Positions 1 through 10,830 of a stretch of 64,000 bases of DNA are shown piece by piece (position 1 is the stretch's first letter; every line of letters begins with the position of its first letter). The DNA is from Candidatus Eiseniibacteriota bacterium (GTDB lineage: Bacteria; Eisenbacteria; RBG-16-71-46; CAVPCR01). The notes under the pieces are model-generated. The model had not been told where the DNA came from, ran no database searches, and saw only the letters and a list, made by a program, of their open reading frames with translations. The translations under genes and the position numbers were made by a program. The stretch spans positions 608,001-672,000 of the forward strand of contig CAVPCR010000001.1 of NCBI GenBank assembly GCA_963702435.1, read 5' to 3'.

Positions 1-1
1 C

Positions 2-682
2 TCGGAGAACCATCCCGAGGTGCTGCTCAAGGTGCTGCTCATCGACGAGCGCCCGGAAGAGGTGACCGACATGAAGCGCACGGTGCGCGGAGAGGTGGTC
101 GCCTCATCGAGCGACATGAACTCCGACGCGCACGTGCGCGTGGCCGAGCTCGTCCTCGAACAGTCACGCCGCGAGGTCGAGTTCGGGCACGACGTCGTCA
201 TCTTCCTCGACTCCCTCACGCGCCTCGGCCGCGCCTACAACCGGGAGACCGGAAGCTCGGGCCGCACGCTGACCGGCGGCATCGATGCCCGCGCTCTCGA
301 GCGCCCCAAGCGCATCTTCGGTGCGGCACGCAACATCGAGCACGGCGGCAGCCTCACCATCATCGCCACCGCGCTCATCGATACCGGCTCGCGTATGGAC
401 GAGGTCATCTTCCAGGAGTTCAAGGGCACCGGGAACATGGAGATGGTGCTCGATCGCTCGATCGCCGACATGCGCATCTGGCCGTCCGTCGACATCCGCC
501 TGTCGGGAACCCGCAAGGAGGAGAAGCTCTACACGGCCCAGGAGCTGCCACGGATCCGCGAGCTCCGGCGCCTCCTCTCCCCGCTCGATCCGCTGGCGGC
601 GATCCAGGAGCTCCTGCGCAAGCTCGACTTCTGGGAGGGGAACGAGGCGCGCGCCGCCGGGCGGATGACATCGGTGTTCTAG
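2..682 (+). CDS. rho: Transcription termination factor Rho, C-terminal ATPase part (5' truncated by window edge)
   Basis: Motifs [66 protein letters not shown] and SGTRKEE are characteristic of Rho. The frame is open from position 2. Confidence 0.95.
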   Translation, partial: SENHPEVLLKVLLIDERPEEVTDMKRTVRGEVVASSSDMNSDAHVRVAELVLEQSRREVEFGHDVVIFLDSLTRLGRAYNRETGSSGRTLTGGIDARALERPKRIFGAARNIEHGGSLTIIATALIDTGSRMDEVIFQEFKGTGNMEMVLDRSIADMRIWPSVDIRLSGTRKEEKLYTAQELPRIRELRRLLSPLDPLAAIQELLRKLDFWEGNEARAAGRMTSVF

Positions 683-848
683 CGCGCGCGACCCCGGGTC
701 AGGCTTCGAGCCGGCCGGGCGGCGAGGCGCTCGGCACCGGCGGGGCGGCGGGACGTCCGGCAGCACGAGGCGGGACGCCCGGCAGCAGCGCCGGCCGGTG
801 GTTTCGCGCGGCGCGGCATGCGAGGGGCGGCGGGCCCCGGACGCGAGG

Positions 849-1286
849 TCACACGGCGTGGAATCGGTCGCCGATCCGCTCGATCTTCCCCCGGTCGAGG
901 AGGCGCTTCAGGGTCGTCGTGAGGTGGCTGCGGTTGACCTCGTTTCCGGTGGCCTCCTCGAGCTTGCCGAGGATCCCGCGCAACTCCATGCCCCGCTGTC
1001 CCGCGGCATTCAGCAACGTCATCACGCGCGCCGGGAGGTTGCCCCCGCGCGTCTTCCGCGCGGCACTGACACGGGAGGGTGCAGCCGACAGCCCCATGAG
1101 GCTCTGCATGATGTCGTCGTCCGTGTCGGAGCCGTCGCTCATGATCCTGGCAACTTCTTGCAGCTTGGACAGTTGCGCCCGCTTCTTGGCGATCACGTCG
1201 GGAAGGCGCTGGAGGAGCTTCTCGAGCTCGGCAATCTCGTTGGAGAGGCCGCCCGCCAGCTGCTCGATCTGAGTCACTGTCGACAT
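849..1286 (-). CDS. Hypothetical 145-aa protein: N-terminal coiled coil and C-terminal winged-helix-like DNA-binding domain
   Basis: AGGAG lies upstream of the ATG at 1286. The N-terminus has a heptad pattern. The C-terminus 'RVMTLLNAAGQRGMELRGILGKL...RSHLTTTLKRLLDRGKIERIGDRF' fits a wHTH pattern. Confidence 0.6.
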   Translation of the reverse strand: MSTVTQIEQLAGGLSNEIAELEKLLQRLPDVIAKKRAQLSKLQEVARIMSDGSDTDDDIMQSLMGLSAAPSRVSAARKTRGGNLPARVMTLLNAAGQRGMELRGILGKLEEATGNEVNRSHLTTTLKRLLDRGKIERIGDRFHAV

Positions 1287-1420
1287 CACATGTCTCCTGA
1301 GGGGTGCGACATGAACCGGCTTGTTGCGGGGACCGATTGGAGCCTGGAACACGGCGTGGTCCACGTCAAGAAGGAAAAAAGCCTCTCAAGACCGCGACAG
1401 TGATCGTTGCAGCATGCACG

Positions 1421-1463
1421 ACAGCCGCGCAGCCGTTCAAGCCACACAGCCGCGCAGCCGTTC
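1421..1463. repeat. 18-bp direct repeat ACAGCCGCGCAGCCGTTC x2 (25-bp period) in a divergent intergenic region
   Basis: Identical copies at 1421-1438 and 1446-1463. Confidence 0.8.
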
Positions 1464-1702
1464 CTCCGGGGCGTGGCGGCCGGCGAGAGCGTCCGGCCAT
1501 CAGGAGTGGACCTGCCGCCCGCTTGCGCCGATAACTTCAAGGAATTTGGTATGGTTACCGCCCATCAGCCGACGCGTAGTGGAGCCGTCATGAGAGCGCC
1601 GTTCGGGACGCACGGACGCTCAGGCAGCGGCCGGCATTCGTGCGCGTCCAGTCCGCGCGCGGGGGGGTCCGGCTCACGCCGGCCGGAACACGACGGGACA
1701 GC

Positions 1703-4700
1703 ATGAAATCGTGGCGCACCATAGGAGGGGACGTGGCCGGCCCGCCCCGATCGGACGCGCGCGGCGAGCCGGACGTGCGCGGTGAAACGCCCCCGGCGCG
1801 CGCGCAGACGCGCCCCTGGGTGCGCGCGCTGCGCTTCGGCAGCGCCCTCCTCTTCCCGATCGTGCTCGCGAGCCTCCTCGTTGTCGGCCTGGCCTACGAG
1901 GCGCGCACCTCGCGCCTGCAGGCGCTCATCCTGAGCCGGCTGGCCGCGCATCTCACCTACGAGGTCGGCTCCGGGCCCAGCGCGAGCGCGGTCTATCCGG
2001 GCGGCCCGGCGGACCAGCGGCTCGGCTACGCCGATCTCGCGACCTATACCCGCCGGCTCAAGGGCAGGGGATTCGCCGTGGCGCGGCAAGCGCGGTTCTC
2101 CCCGGCGCTCCTCACCTATGCCGGACTCGGTCTCAATCCGCCGTACGCGGAGAAGCACGTCGCCGGGCTCAGCCTCTACGATCGCCACGGGGACGTGCTC
2201 TTCGACGGGACCAATCGCCGCCACGAGTTCACGTCCTTCGAGGACATCCCGCTGCCGATCGTGCCGGCACTCCTGTTCATCGAGAACCGGGAGCTGTTCG
2301 CCGACGAGTTCCCCTACCGGAATCCGGCGGTCGAGTGGGACCGCCTCGCCCATGTGCTCTTCAAGTACGTCGGGCGAGAGGTGGGACTCCCGGGACCCGT
2401 GGCCGGCGGCAGCACGCTCGCGACCCAGATCGAGAAGTACCGCCACTCGGCCGCCGGTCTCACCGGCTCGCCGCTCGAGAAGCTCCAGCAGATCGGCTCC
2501 GCCAGCGTGCGCGCCTACCGCAACGGAAAGGACACGCGGGCCGAGCGGCGGCAGATCGTCTTGAACTACCTGAACACGATGCCGCTCGCCGCCGTTCCGG
2601 GTCACGGCGAGGTGAACGGCATCGGCGAGGCGATGTGGGGCTGGTTCGGGAGGGACCTCGCCGCGGTGAAACGCGACCTCGATTCCCCCCTCGACGGACC
2701 GCGCGGGCGCGACCGGGCGCGGACGACGCGCGAGATCGTGGCCCTCCTCGTCGCCAATCGGGCGCCTTCGGAGTACCTGATCCGGAACCGGGAGGAGATC
2801 GAGCGGCTCACCGACGTCCACCTCGGACTGATGGCGGCGCGCGGCGTGATCACGCGCGAGCTGTGCTCGGCGGCGCGCGCCGAACGCCTCCGCTTCCTCG
2901 ATCGCGCGCCGGCTCTCCCCGCGGTGCCGTTCGCCGAGCGCAAGGCCGCCAACTCCGTCCGCTCGCAGCTCCTCGGCAATCTGGGCGAGACGAGCTTCTA
3001 CAAGCTCGATCGGCTCGACCTGAGCGTGACCACCACCTTCGACGCTGCGGCCCAGCGCGCGGTCACCGCGGAGCTGGCCCGCCTCAAGGATCCCCAGGTC
3101 GTCGCGAGCGCGGGGCTCAAGGCCAAGCGCCTGCTCGAGACCGGAGATCCCGCCCGGGTCGTCTACAGCTTCACGCTCTACGAGTGCCTGCCCGAGGCCA
3201 ACGTGCTGCGCGTGCAGGCCGACAACCTCGGGCAGCCGTTCGACGTGAACGAGGGCATGAAGCTCGATCTCGGCTCGACCGCCAAGCTGCGCACGCTCGC
3301 GCACTACCTGATGATCGTATCCGAGGTCTACGCGCGGGCACAGCGAGCACCGAGCGCGACCGGGGTCGCCCCCCGACGGCCCCCGGCGGCGAGGACCCGC
3401 CGTCCGCGCCCGCGGCGCTCGCCGCGGCGGCGGCCGCGGACTCGACGCCGCCGGACGAGGCGGCGGCGGACGAGGCGACCGCCGAGGCGCTCAGCGAGGA
3501 CGAGGCCGCACGCGAGGCGCTCGTGCCCTACACCGGGGTGCCCGACGTGAACGAGGCGCCCGGCGCCGGGGCGGCGCCCGCGATCGCGGATCGCGGCGCG
3601 GCCGCGCGCGCCGACTCCGCGCGCGCCAGCGCCGAGCTCGCCGGCCGCGCCGCGAGCGCGCACGACCCGCTCTCGCGCTGGGTGTTCGAGTACCTGGCCG
3701 CGCATCCGCGCGCCGCGCTCGAAGAAGTGGTCGCCGCGAGCCTCGACCGCCGCTTCTCGGCGAGCCCCCACGAGACGTTCTTCACCGGGGGCGGCGTGCA
3801 CACCTTCGTCAACTTCAACCCTGATGACAACGGCCGCATCATGACGGTGCGCGAAGGCATCCGCAACTCGGTGAACCTCGTCTTCATCCGCCTCATGCGC
3901 GAGATCGTGCAGTATCACAAGGCCGCGCTCGGCTACGATGAGCGGGCGATCTTCACCGACACCCACCACCCCGTGCGCCGCGAGCTCCTCGACGAGTTCG
4001 TGGCCGGCGAGGGGCGCAAGCTCCTCTGGCGCTACTACCACCGCTACCGCGACAAGTCGGAGGCGGAGGCGACGGCGCTCCTCTTCGGCCGGCGGCTCAC
4101 GCCGCGCACGGTGGCGATCGCCCACTACTACCTGCACGGGCCCGATTCGCCTCCGGCGGCGCTCGCCGCGGCGCTCGCCGCCGCCTTCGGACCGGGAGCG
4201 CCCGACTCGCTCGACACGGCGCGTCTCACCAAGGCCTACGCGCGGACGCGGCTCAGCCGCCAGGATGCGGCGTATCTCGGCCGCCTGCACCCGCTCGAGC
4301 TGTGGACCGTCGAGCACCTGCTCGCTCATCCGGACGCCGAGTGGTCCTCTTTCACCGAGGCGTCGAGCCCCGCGCTCGTCGAGAGCTACGACTGGCTGTA
4401 CCGCCCGCGGGCCAAGCGGGCGCAGGACGCCCGGATCCGCATCCTGCTCGAGACCAAGGCCTTCGCCGAGATCCACACGGTCTGGCAGCGGCTCGGCTAT
4501 CCGTTCGGCTCGCTGGTCCCGTCGCTCGCAACCTCGATCGGCAGCTCCGCCGATCGGCCCGCGGCGCTCGCCGAGCTCGTCGGCATCATCCTGCGCGACG
4601 GGGTGCGCGCCCCGATGCAACGCGTCCAGAACCTCGACTTCGCCGCCGGCACCCCCTACGAGATCCGCCTCGAGCCCGACCAGAAGATCGGCCGCGAGGT

Positions 4701-5160
4701 GATGCCGCGGGAGGTGGCCGGTGCGCTCCGCGGCTGCCTCGTCGATGTCGTCGAGAACGGCACGGCGCGACGCGCCCACGGCGCGGTACACGACACGGCC
4801 GGCGCGCTGATCCCGATCGGCGGGAAGACCGGATCCGGGGACAACCGGATCAAGAGCTTCGCGCGCGGCGGCCGCCTGATCGGCTCGCAGGTCGTGAGCC
4901 GCACGGCGAGCTTCGCCTTCTTCATCGGCGATCGCTTCTTCGGCGTCATCACCGCGTATGTCGCGGGCGAGGAAGCGGCCGCCTACAGCTTCACGAGCTC
5001 GCTGCCGACCCAGATTCTCAAGATTCTCGGGCCGTCGCTCGAGCCGCTGGCGGCCCCGATCGCCGCCCTGCCCGCCGCTGCCGCCACACCCGCCGCACGC
5101 ACGGCGCCCGCCGCGTCTGCCGACTCGACCGCTCCGGATCAGATCGCCGGCAGGATGTAG
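1703..5160 (+). CDS. Class A penicillin-binding protein (GT51 transglycosylase + transpeptidase), split by a 1-nt frameshift at a C6 run (3369-3374)
   Basis: The first frame has an N-terminal TM, GT51 motifs (IENR, GGSTLATQ) and SxxK (GSTAK). The second frame has SVN and KTG. One extra C joins them as ...TGVAPPTAPGGED.... An alternative start is GTG 1733 after AGGAGG. Confidence 0.8.
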
Positions 5161-5354
5161 CGGACGCCGAGGGCGCACCAGGCGCTCGCGATGAGCGCGG
5201 CGAGGAGATCGAGCACGATCCCGTAGTCCTCGCCGCCGGGCCCGGTCACGTGCCGGAGCGGAGTATCGATACCGGCGAGGAGGAGGGCGGCCGCGATGCC
5301 GGCCAGGAGGCAGAGGACGCGCCCGGTGCCGAGCGGGCGGCCGGCGATCCTCAC
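5139..5354 (-). CDS. Putative small 71-aa two-TM membrane protein
   Basis: The GTG start overlaps the TGA of the upstream AI-2E gene (GTGA). Two hydrophobic segments: VLCLLAGIAAALLLAGI and IVLDLLAALIASAWCALGV. Confidence 0.4.
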   Translation of the reverse strand: MRIAGRPLGTGRVLCLLAGIAAALLLAGIDTPLRHVTGPGGEDYGIVLDLLAALIASAWCALGVRYILPAI

Positions 5355-6532
5355 GCGCGGCGGCCCTCGGTGTAGATGCGGATGCAGGCGAGGAAGAGCG
5401 CGAGCACGATCGGTCCGAGGAGGATGCCGAGGAAGCCGAAGGTCTTCAGGCCGCCGAGGAGCGCGAGGAAGAGCCAGAGGACGGGCAACTTGGTCTCGCG
5501 GCCGATCACGAACGGACGCAGGAAGTTGTCGACCATGCTCACGACGAGCGCGCCCCACAGGAAGAGGCCGATGCCGGCGCCCAGGCGCCCCGAGACCATG
5601 AGGCCGATCGCGACCGGCAGCCACACCGCCACCGGGCCGACGAGCGGAATGAGGGCGGCGACCATGGTGATGCCCCCGAGCACGACCGCCGCCGGCGCGC
5701 CCGCGAACCAGAAGCCGAGCCCGGCGAGGACTGCCTGCACGACCGCGGTCAGGATGACCCCGCGGAAGACGGCGTTGACGGTGGTCGCGGCGATGCGGGT
5801 CAGGCTCTCGGCGTGCTCGCGCTCGAGCGGCAGCGCCTGCTTGAGCTGTCCCACCCAGCCCGGCCCGTGCCGGAGCAGGAAGTAGTACGTGATCACGGTC
5901 ATGACCGTGGAGGCGACTTGACCGGGAGCGCTCCGCCCGAAGGCCTCGAGCTGCACGATGGCCCAGCTCGAGAAGGTGGAGAGCAGGTCGCGGAGCGCCG
6001 CTTCGATCGTCTCCGCGCCGACGTAGGGCTGGCCCTGGAAGAACCACGGGATCACCGGGCGGAGCGGCGAGCTGTCGATCAGGATCGCGAGCCGCTCGAA
6101 GGCCTGCGGGCCGAGCGCGCTCTGGACCGCGGGCCACAGGTTCCGCACCTCGGCGAGGAAGCTCGAGATGAAGAAGGTGGCGGGGACGGCGAAGACCGCG
6201 ATCGAGAGCACCGTCGAGATGACGGCCGCCAGGTTGGCCCGGTTGCGCGTGAGCCGGAGCACCCGCTCGTGCAGGGGATAGAACAGGGTGGCGAGCGCGG
6301 TGGCCCACAGGATCGGACGCGCGACCGGCCGCAGGATGAGGAGGAGGAGCACGAAGAGGAGGAGCGAGAGAACGCCGAAGCCGAGAGCGAAGGCGCGCTG
6401 GCGGAAGAAGGCGACGCTCGACACGGCGGGCTCGCTCGCCGGCGGACCCGCCGGGCGGGCCGCCGTCTCCTCTCCGTCGCGCGGAGGGCGCGCCGTCCTG
6501 GCTGCTTCCTCGGGGCTCGGCTGGTGGGACAT
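5351..6532 (-). CDS. AI-2E family (UPF0118) transporter
   Basis: Multi-TM protein with 'LIPLVG', 'DNFLRP' and 'GGLKTFGFLGILLGP' motifs. Confidence 0.9.
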   Translation of the reverse strand: MSHQPSPEEAARTARPPRDGEETAARPAGPPASEPAVSSVAFFRQRAFALGFGVLSLLLFVLLLLILRPVARPILWATALATLFYPLHERVLRLTRNRANLAAVISTVLSIAVFAVPATFFISSFLAEVRNLWPAVQSALGPQAFERLAILIDSSPLRPVIPWFFQGQPYVGAETIEAALRDLLSTFSSWAIVQLEAFGRSAPGQVASTVMTVITYYFLLRHGPGWVGQLKQALPLEREHAESLTRIAATTVNAVFRGVILTAVVQAVLAGLGFWFAGAPAAVVLGGITMVAALIPLVGPVAVWLPVAIGLMVSGRLGAGIGLFLWGALVVSMVDNFLRPFVIGRETKLPVLWLFLALLGGLKTFGFLGILLGPIVLALFLACIRIYTEGRRA

Positions 6533-6570
6533 CGGGGCGGCAGTATACACGCCCGCGCCCCGGGCCGGCG

Positions 6571-7869
6571 CTACTCGTCGCGGAGGGCGAGGATCGGGTC
6601 GAGGCGCGCCGCGCGGACCGCCGGGTAGATCCCGAAGAAGAGACCGACCAGGGAGCAGAAGACGAGGCCGAGGAGGACGGCCCAGACGGGCACCACGGCC
6701 TCGAGCTGGGGCACGATGCGCGCGGCGAGCGCGGCGAGGCCGATGCCCACGAAGACGCCGATCACGCCGCCCGCCTCCGAGAGAACGACCGCCTCGGTCA
6801 CGAACTGGAGGAGGATGTCGCGCCGCCGGGCGCCGATCGCCTTGCGCACGCCGATCTCTCGCGTTCGCTCGCGCACCGAGACCAGCATGATATTCATGAT
6901 GCCGATCCCGGCCACGAGGAGGCTCATCGCACAGATGGCGATCGCCGCGGCCTTGATGTTGCGGGTCGTGTTGTTGAAGAAGTTGATCGACATCTGGGTC
7001 GAGTAGAACTCGAAGTCGTTCTCCTCGTTGGGCCGGAGTCCGCGCTCGCGGCGCATGACCTCGGTCACCTGATCCATGGCGACCGCGACCAGCTCGGGGG
7101 AACGGGCCTGGATCGTGATGTTGATCGAGCGGTTCTTGCCGTAGAGCTCCTCGAAGGTCGAGAAGGGAACGGCGACCCGGTTGTCCTCGTTGCGCCCCAT
7201 GAACTTGGGCCCCACCTCCTCGATCACCCCGATCACAGTGAAGCGGCTCACGATCGACGGCGGCGTGGCCGCGGCGAGCGCGGAGAAATCGCCCATGTCG
7301 TCATCGAAGCCGGGGCCCGGACGGTAGGTGATGCGAATGTCCTGCCCCACGGGATCCACGTGCGGAAAGAGCTCCTCGGCCACCTGCGCCCCGATCACCG
7401 CCACCCGGCTGTTGGCGGCGACGTCGGCGTAGGACACGGCGCGGCCGTTGGTGATGAAGTAGCCGTTGTTGGGGAAGAACTCGGGCGTGGCGCCGGCGAT
7501 CACGAAGCTCGGTTCGGTCGAGCGCCCGCCGGCCGCCACCGCGATGCCGAACTCCCACACCTCGGGACCGACCAGACTCACCGCCGAGCAGCGGTCGCGG
7601 ATCGCCTCGGCGTAGGCCGGCACGATGTCCCGGCGCGGCTTCTGCTCCTCGCGATCCCCGCCCTCGGTGCGGATCATCGGCCACTTCTGCACCTGGAACA
7701 CGCTCGACTGGAGGATGGTCATCTCGCGCTCGGTCTTCTGCTGAACGCCCTGGATGATGGCCATCATGCCGATCACGGCGGCCACCCCGATGATGACGCC
7801 GAGAAGGGTGAGGAAGGCCCGCAGCTTGTGCGCGCGGAGCGAGTCGAAGGCGAGGAACACGCTCGACAT
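6571..7869 (-). CDS. ABC transporter permease, MacB/FtsX family
   Basis: 'LTLLGVIIGVAAV' and 'GIGIMNIMLVSVRERTREIGVRKAIGA'; C-terminal 'PAVRAARLDPILALRDE'. Confidence 0.93.
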   Translation of the reverse strand: MSSVFLAFDSLRAHKLRAFLTLLGVIIGVAAVIGMMAIIQGVQQKTEREMTILQSSVFQVQKWPMIRTEGGDREEQKPRRDIVPAYAEAIRDRCSAVSLVGPEVWEFGIAVAAGGRSTEPSFVIAGATPEFFPNNGYFITNGRAVSYADVAANSRVAVIGAQVAEELFPHVDPVGQDIRITYRPGPGFDDDMGDFSALAAATPPSIVSRFTVIGVIEEVGPKFMGRNEDNRVAVPFSTFEELYGKNRSINITIQARSPELVAVAMDQVTEVMRRERGLRPNEENDFEFYSTQMSINFFNNTTRNIKAAAIAICAMSLLVAGIGIMNIMLVSVRERTREIGVRKAIGARRRDILLQFVTEAVVLSEAGGVIGVFVGIGLAALAARIVPQLEAVVPVWAVLLGLVFCSLVGLFFGIYPAVRAARLDPILALRDE

Positions 7870-7930
7870 GGCGACCGGGTGCGGAGTGCGGGGATTGGGC
7901 TCATGTTCAACCTGCTTCGGGCTCGGGGGG

Positions 7931-9214
7931 TCACTCGTAGCGGAGCGCCACGATCGGGTCGATGCGCGCCGCCCGCCAGGCCGGAAGGAAGCCGAAGAGC
8001 ACGCCGACCGCGCTCGCGAAGCCGAGGGCGAAGAGCACGACCCACGGCGGCGTCGAGATCGGCAGCTCGGTCAGGTGGTCGATCAGGCGCCCGGCGCCGA
8101 GCGCGATCAGGAACCCGAGCGCGCCACCGACCAGGCAGAGGATCACGGCCTCGGTCAGGAACTGACCGAGGATCGTGCGGCGCGTGGCGCCGATCGCCTT
8201 GCGCACGCCGATCTCCCGGGTGCGCTCGACCACCGACACCATCATGATGTTCATGATGCCGATGCCGCCGACCAGGAGCGAGATGGCGGCGATGCCGAGC
8301 CCCGCGGCGTACACGCCGGAGGTGACCTGCTTGTACATCTGGGTGATCGCGGCCTGCTCGTTCACGGCGAAGTTGTCCGACTCCCCCGGCCGGAGCCCGC
8401 GGGCACGCCGCATGGCGCCGACGATCTCGTCGCGCGCCGCCGCGATCTCGCCGCCGGCGGCGCCCGGCGCCGCGCCCGGGGCCGCGGTTCCCGCCACGCG
8501 CACCCCGATGTCGATCGAGCGGTGGCGACCGAAGCAGCGGAAAAGGGCGCCGAGCGGCAGGAAGATCTGATTGTCCATGCTCTCCCCGAAGATCTGGCCG
8601 CGCTCGGCGAGCACGCCCACCACGCGGAACGGGTAGCCGCCGATCGAGATACGCGCCCCGAGCGCCGGCCGATCCGGGAACAGGCGCGCCGCCACCTCCG
8701 AGCCGAGCACGCAGTGGAGCCGGCGGTGGCGCACGTCCTCGGCGGTCAGGAAACGGCCGAGTGCCGGCTCGAGATCGGCGATCCGCGGGTGATCCTCGGT
8801 CGTGCCGACGAGCACCACGCGGCGGGCGCTGCGGTCGCCGCGCTTGACCGCACGCGCCGTGTAGACATGGGGCACGACCGCCTCGACGCCGGGCACGCCG
8901 ACGAGCGCCGTCGCCTCGCGCACGGTCAGGTTCGGGCGGTTCCGGAATTTGAAGAAGTCCCCTTGCATCATCCACGGGAACTTCTGCACGTAGAGCGTAT
9001 GCGAGCCGATCCCGGCGATCTCGCGCTCGAAGGCGTTGTTCAGGCCCTGGATGACGGCGATCATCAGCACCACGGTGACGATGCCGATGACGATGCCGAG
9101 CGTCGTGAGGATCGCCCGCAGCCGGTTGGCGGTGAGCGAGTCGACCGCGATCGTGAGACCTTCACGCGCGATCGACAGGCGGCGCCTCAAGAGCCGGCCG
9201 GCGCGGTCAACCAT
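7931..9214 (-). CDS. ABC transporter permease, MacB/FtsX family
   Basis: 'GGIGIMNIMMVSVVERTREIGVRKAIGA' and 'PAWRAARIDPIVALRYE'. Confidence 0.93.
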   Translation of the reverse strand: MVDRAGRLLRRRLSIAREGLTIAVDSLTANRLRAILTTLGIVIGIVTVVLMIAVIQGLNNAFEREIAGIGSHTLYVQKFPWMMQGDFFKFRNRPNLTVREATALVGVPGVEAVVPHVYTARAVKRGDRSARRVVLVGTTEDHPRIADLEPALGRFLTAEDVRHRRLHCVLGSEVAARLFPDRPALGARISIGGYPFRVVGVLAERGQIFGESMDNQIFLPLGALFRCFGRHRSIDIGVRVAGTAAPGAAPGAAGGEIAAARDEIVGAMRRARGLRPGESDNFAVNEQAAITQMYKQVTSGVYAAGLGIAAISLLVGGIGIMNIMMVSVVERTREIGVRKAIGATRRTILGQFLTEAVILCLVGGALGFLIALGAGRLIDHLTELPISTPPWVVLFALGFASAVGVLFGFLPAWRAARIDPIVALRYE

Positions 9215-10595
9215 GGTCGCGGCTCCCGCGGCCGCGACTCACGGCGCGGCTCTCGCGGTCGTCGCGCTGGCCGCCGCGGCGGAGCGAGGCGTTGTCCACC
9301 TTGACCGCCGCCCCGTCCTCGAGCTCGCGACTCAGCACGCGATAGCTGCCGGAAACCACCTCGTCACCCTCGTTGAGCTCGCCGGCCAGGATCTCGATGT
9401 GCGTCGGGCTCGAGATCCCGGTCGTGACCGGGAGCTCGAGCGCGATCCCGTCGCGGACGACATAGATCACCTCGCGCAGGTTCCCGGCGAGCCCGAGGCC
9501 GCCGGCACCGGCGGCCGGCGGCTCCGGCTGCGGGGGCCCCGCCTCGGCCTCGGCCACCTCGCCGGGACGCCGCCGGGCGGCGGGCTCGTCCTCCGCCTCC
9601 GGAGCGGGCTTCGCGCGGAGGGTCACGCACTGGATCGGCACGCTCAGGACGGCGGTCCGGCGGTCGGTGAGGACGTCCACGCTCGCGCTCATCCCGGGGC
9701 GGAGCGCCTGGACATCGCCGACCACCGCCACCTTGACCTCGAAGTGCGTGGCCTCCTCGGCGGTGCCCCGGCCGCGCGTCGTGCCCGAGTTGGCGATCTC
9801 GGACACGATGCCGCGGAAGACCCGATCGGAAAGCGCATCCACCTCGACCGTGGCCGAGTCGCCGAGGGTCACCTTGACCACCTCGCTCTCGTCCACGTCG
9901 GCGAGCACCTCCATGCGATCGAGGTCGGCCAGAGCCATGATCGTGGTGCCGACGTTCTGCGCGGTGCCGAGCACCATCTCCCCCACCTCGACGTTGAGCT
10001 GGGTCACGACTCCGGCGATCGGAGCGAGGATGGTCGTCTTGGCGCGATCGTCTGCGGCCTGGGCGAGGAGCGCTTCGGCGCGGTGGACGGACTCACGCGC
10101 GGCATCGAGGCGCGCCGCCGCCACCTGGAAGGTGGTCTCGGCGTTCTCCAGGTCACCGGCGGAGGTGAGGCCTTCGCCGTGCATACGCATGATCCGCTGG
10201 TGTTCGCGCTCGGCCTGGGCGAGGTTCGCGGCGGCGAGGCGCTCCTCCGCCCGCGCCGAGCGGAGACCGGCCTCCACCTCGAGCACGAGCGCCTGATAGC
10301 GGGTGGGATCGATCTCGAGGAGCAGATCGCCCGGCGCAACGGAGTCGCTCTCGGCAACGCCGAGGCGCACCACGCGCCCGCTCACATTGGCGCTGATCTT
10401 GACCTCGGACTGCGGCTGCACGCGACCGGTGGCCGACACGCTTTCGACCACCTCGCCGCGCTGGACTTCCTCGGTCTGGACCACGGTGGGCGGCACGCGG
10501 CGGGCGCGAAGACCGAGACCGACCGCGGTCAGGGCGGCCACGACAACGAGGATGGAGATGATCCGAGCTCGCCGGGAGCGAAGGAAGCGCGACAC
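9207..10595 (-). CDS. Efflux periplasmic adaptor subunit (MacA/HlyD-like)
   Basis: GGAGG precedes GTG 10595. N-terminal TM; 'SATGRVQP', 'ILAPIAGVV', 'VDESEV' and 'LRPGMSA' membrane-fusion motifs. Overlaps the start of the permease gene. Confidence 0.88.
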   Translation of the reverse strand: MSRFLRSRRARIISILVVVAALTAVGLGLRARRVPPTVVQTEEVQRGEVVESVSATGRVQPQSEVKISANVSGRVVRLGVAESDSVAPGDLLLEIDPTRYQALVLEVEAGLRSARAEERLAAANLAQAEREHQRIMRMHGEGLTSAGDLENAETTFQVAAARLDAARESVHRAEALLAQAADDRAKTTILAPIAGVVTQLNVEVGEMVLGTAQNVGTTIMALADLDRMEVLADVDESEVVKVTLGDSATVEVDALSDRVFRGIVSEIANSGTTRGRGTAEEATHFEVKVAVVGDVQALRPGMSASVDVLTDRRTAVLSVPIQCVTLRAKPAPEAEDEPAARRRPGEVAEAEAGPPQPEPPAAGAGGLGLAGNLREVIYVVRDGIALELPVTTGISSPTHIEILAGELNEGDEVVSGSYRVLSRELEDGAAVKVDNASLRRGGQRDDRESRAVSRGRGSRDHG

Positions 10596-10756
10596 TGGAA
10601 CCTCCGGGCGCAGGACGTGGGGCCTGCCATCGGGATCTCGAGGGTGGCGAGCCGGCAGGAGCGACTCGCTCTGGTTCACGCCCAGAGTACGACGTGGCTC
10701 GGGGGAAGGTTGCCGGGAGGTGGCCGGCCGGAGGGCGGGACGAGGGGAACGGGGGG

Positions 10757-10811
10757 AAAACAGGGCGGCGGACAGGAGGGCGGCCCGCGCGGCCGGTCCC
10801 CCTGTCCGCCG
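10757..10811 (-). terminator. Putative intrinsic terminator downstream of the extended csrA
   Basis: Inverted repeat CGGCGGACAGG (10766-10776) / CCTGTCCGCCG (10801-10811), followed closely by TTTT on the minus strand, ~20 nt after the stop at 10831. Confidence 0.55.
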
Positions 10812-10830
10812 TCGGCGGGAATGGAGCGGG

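Noticed and set aside
1150..1161. Fourth copy of the GCAA-N4-TTGC motif (GCAACTTCTTGC)
   Set aside because: It lies inside a coding sequence and is probably coincidental. It also shows that the motif can arise by chance.
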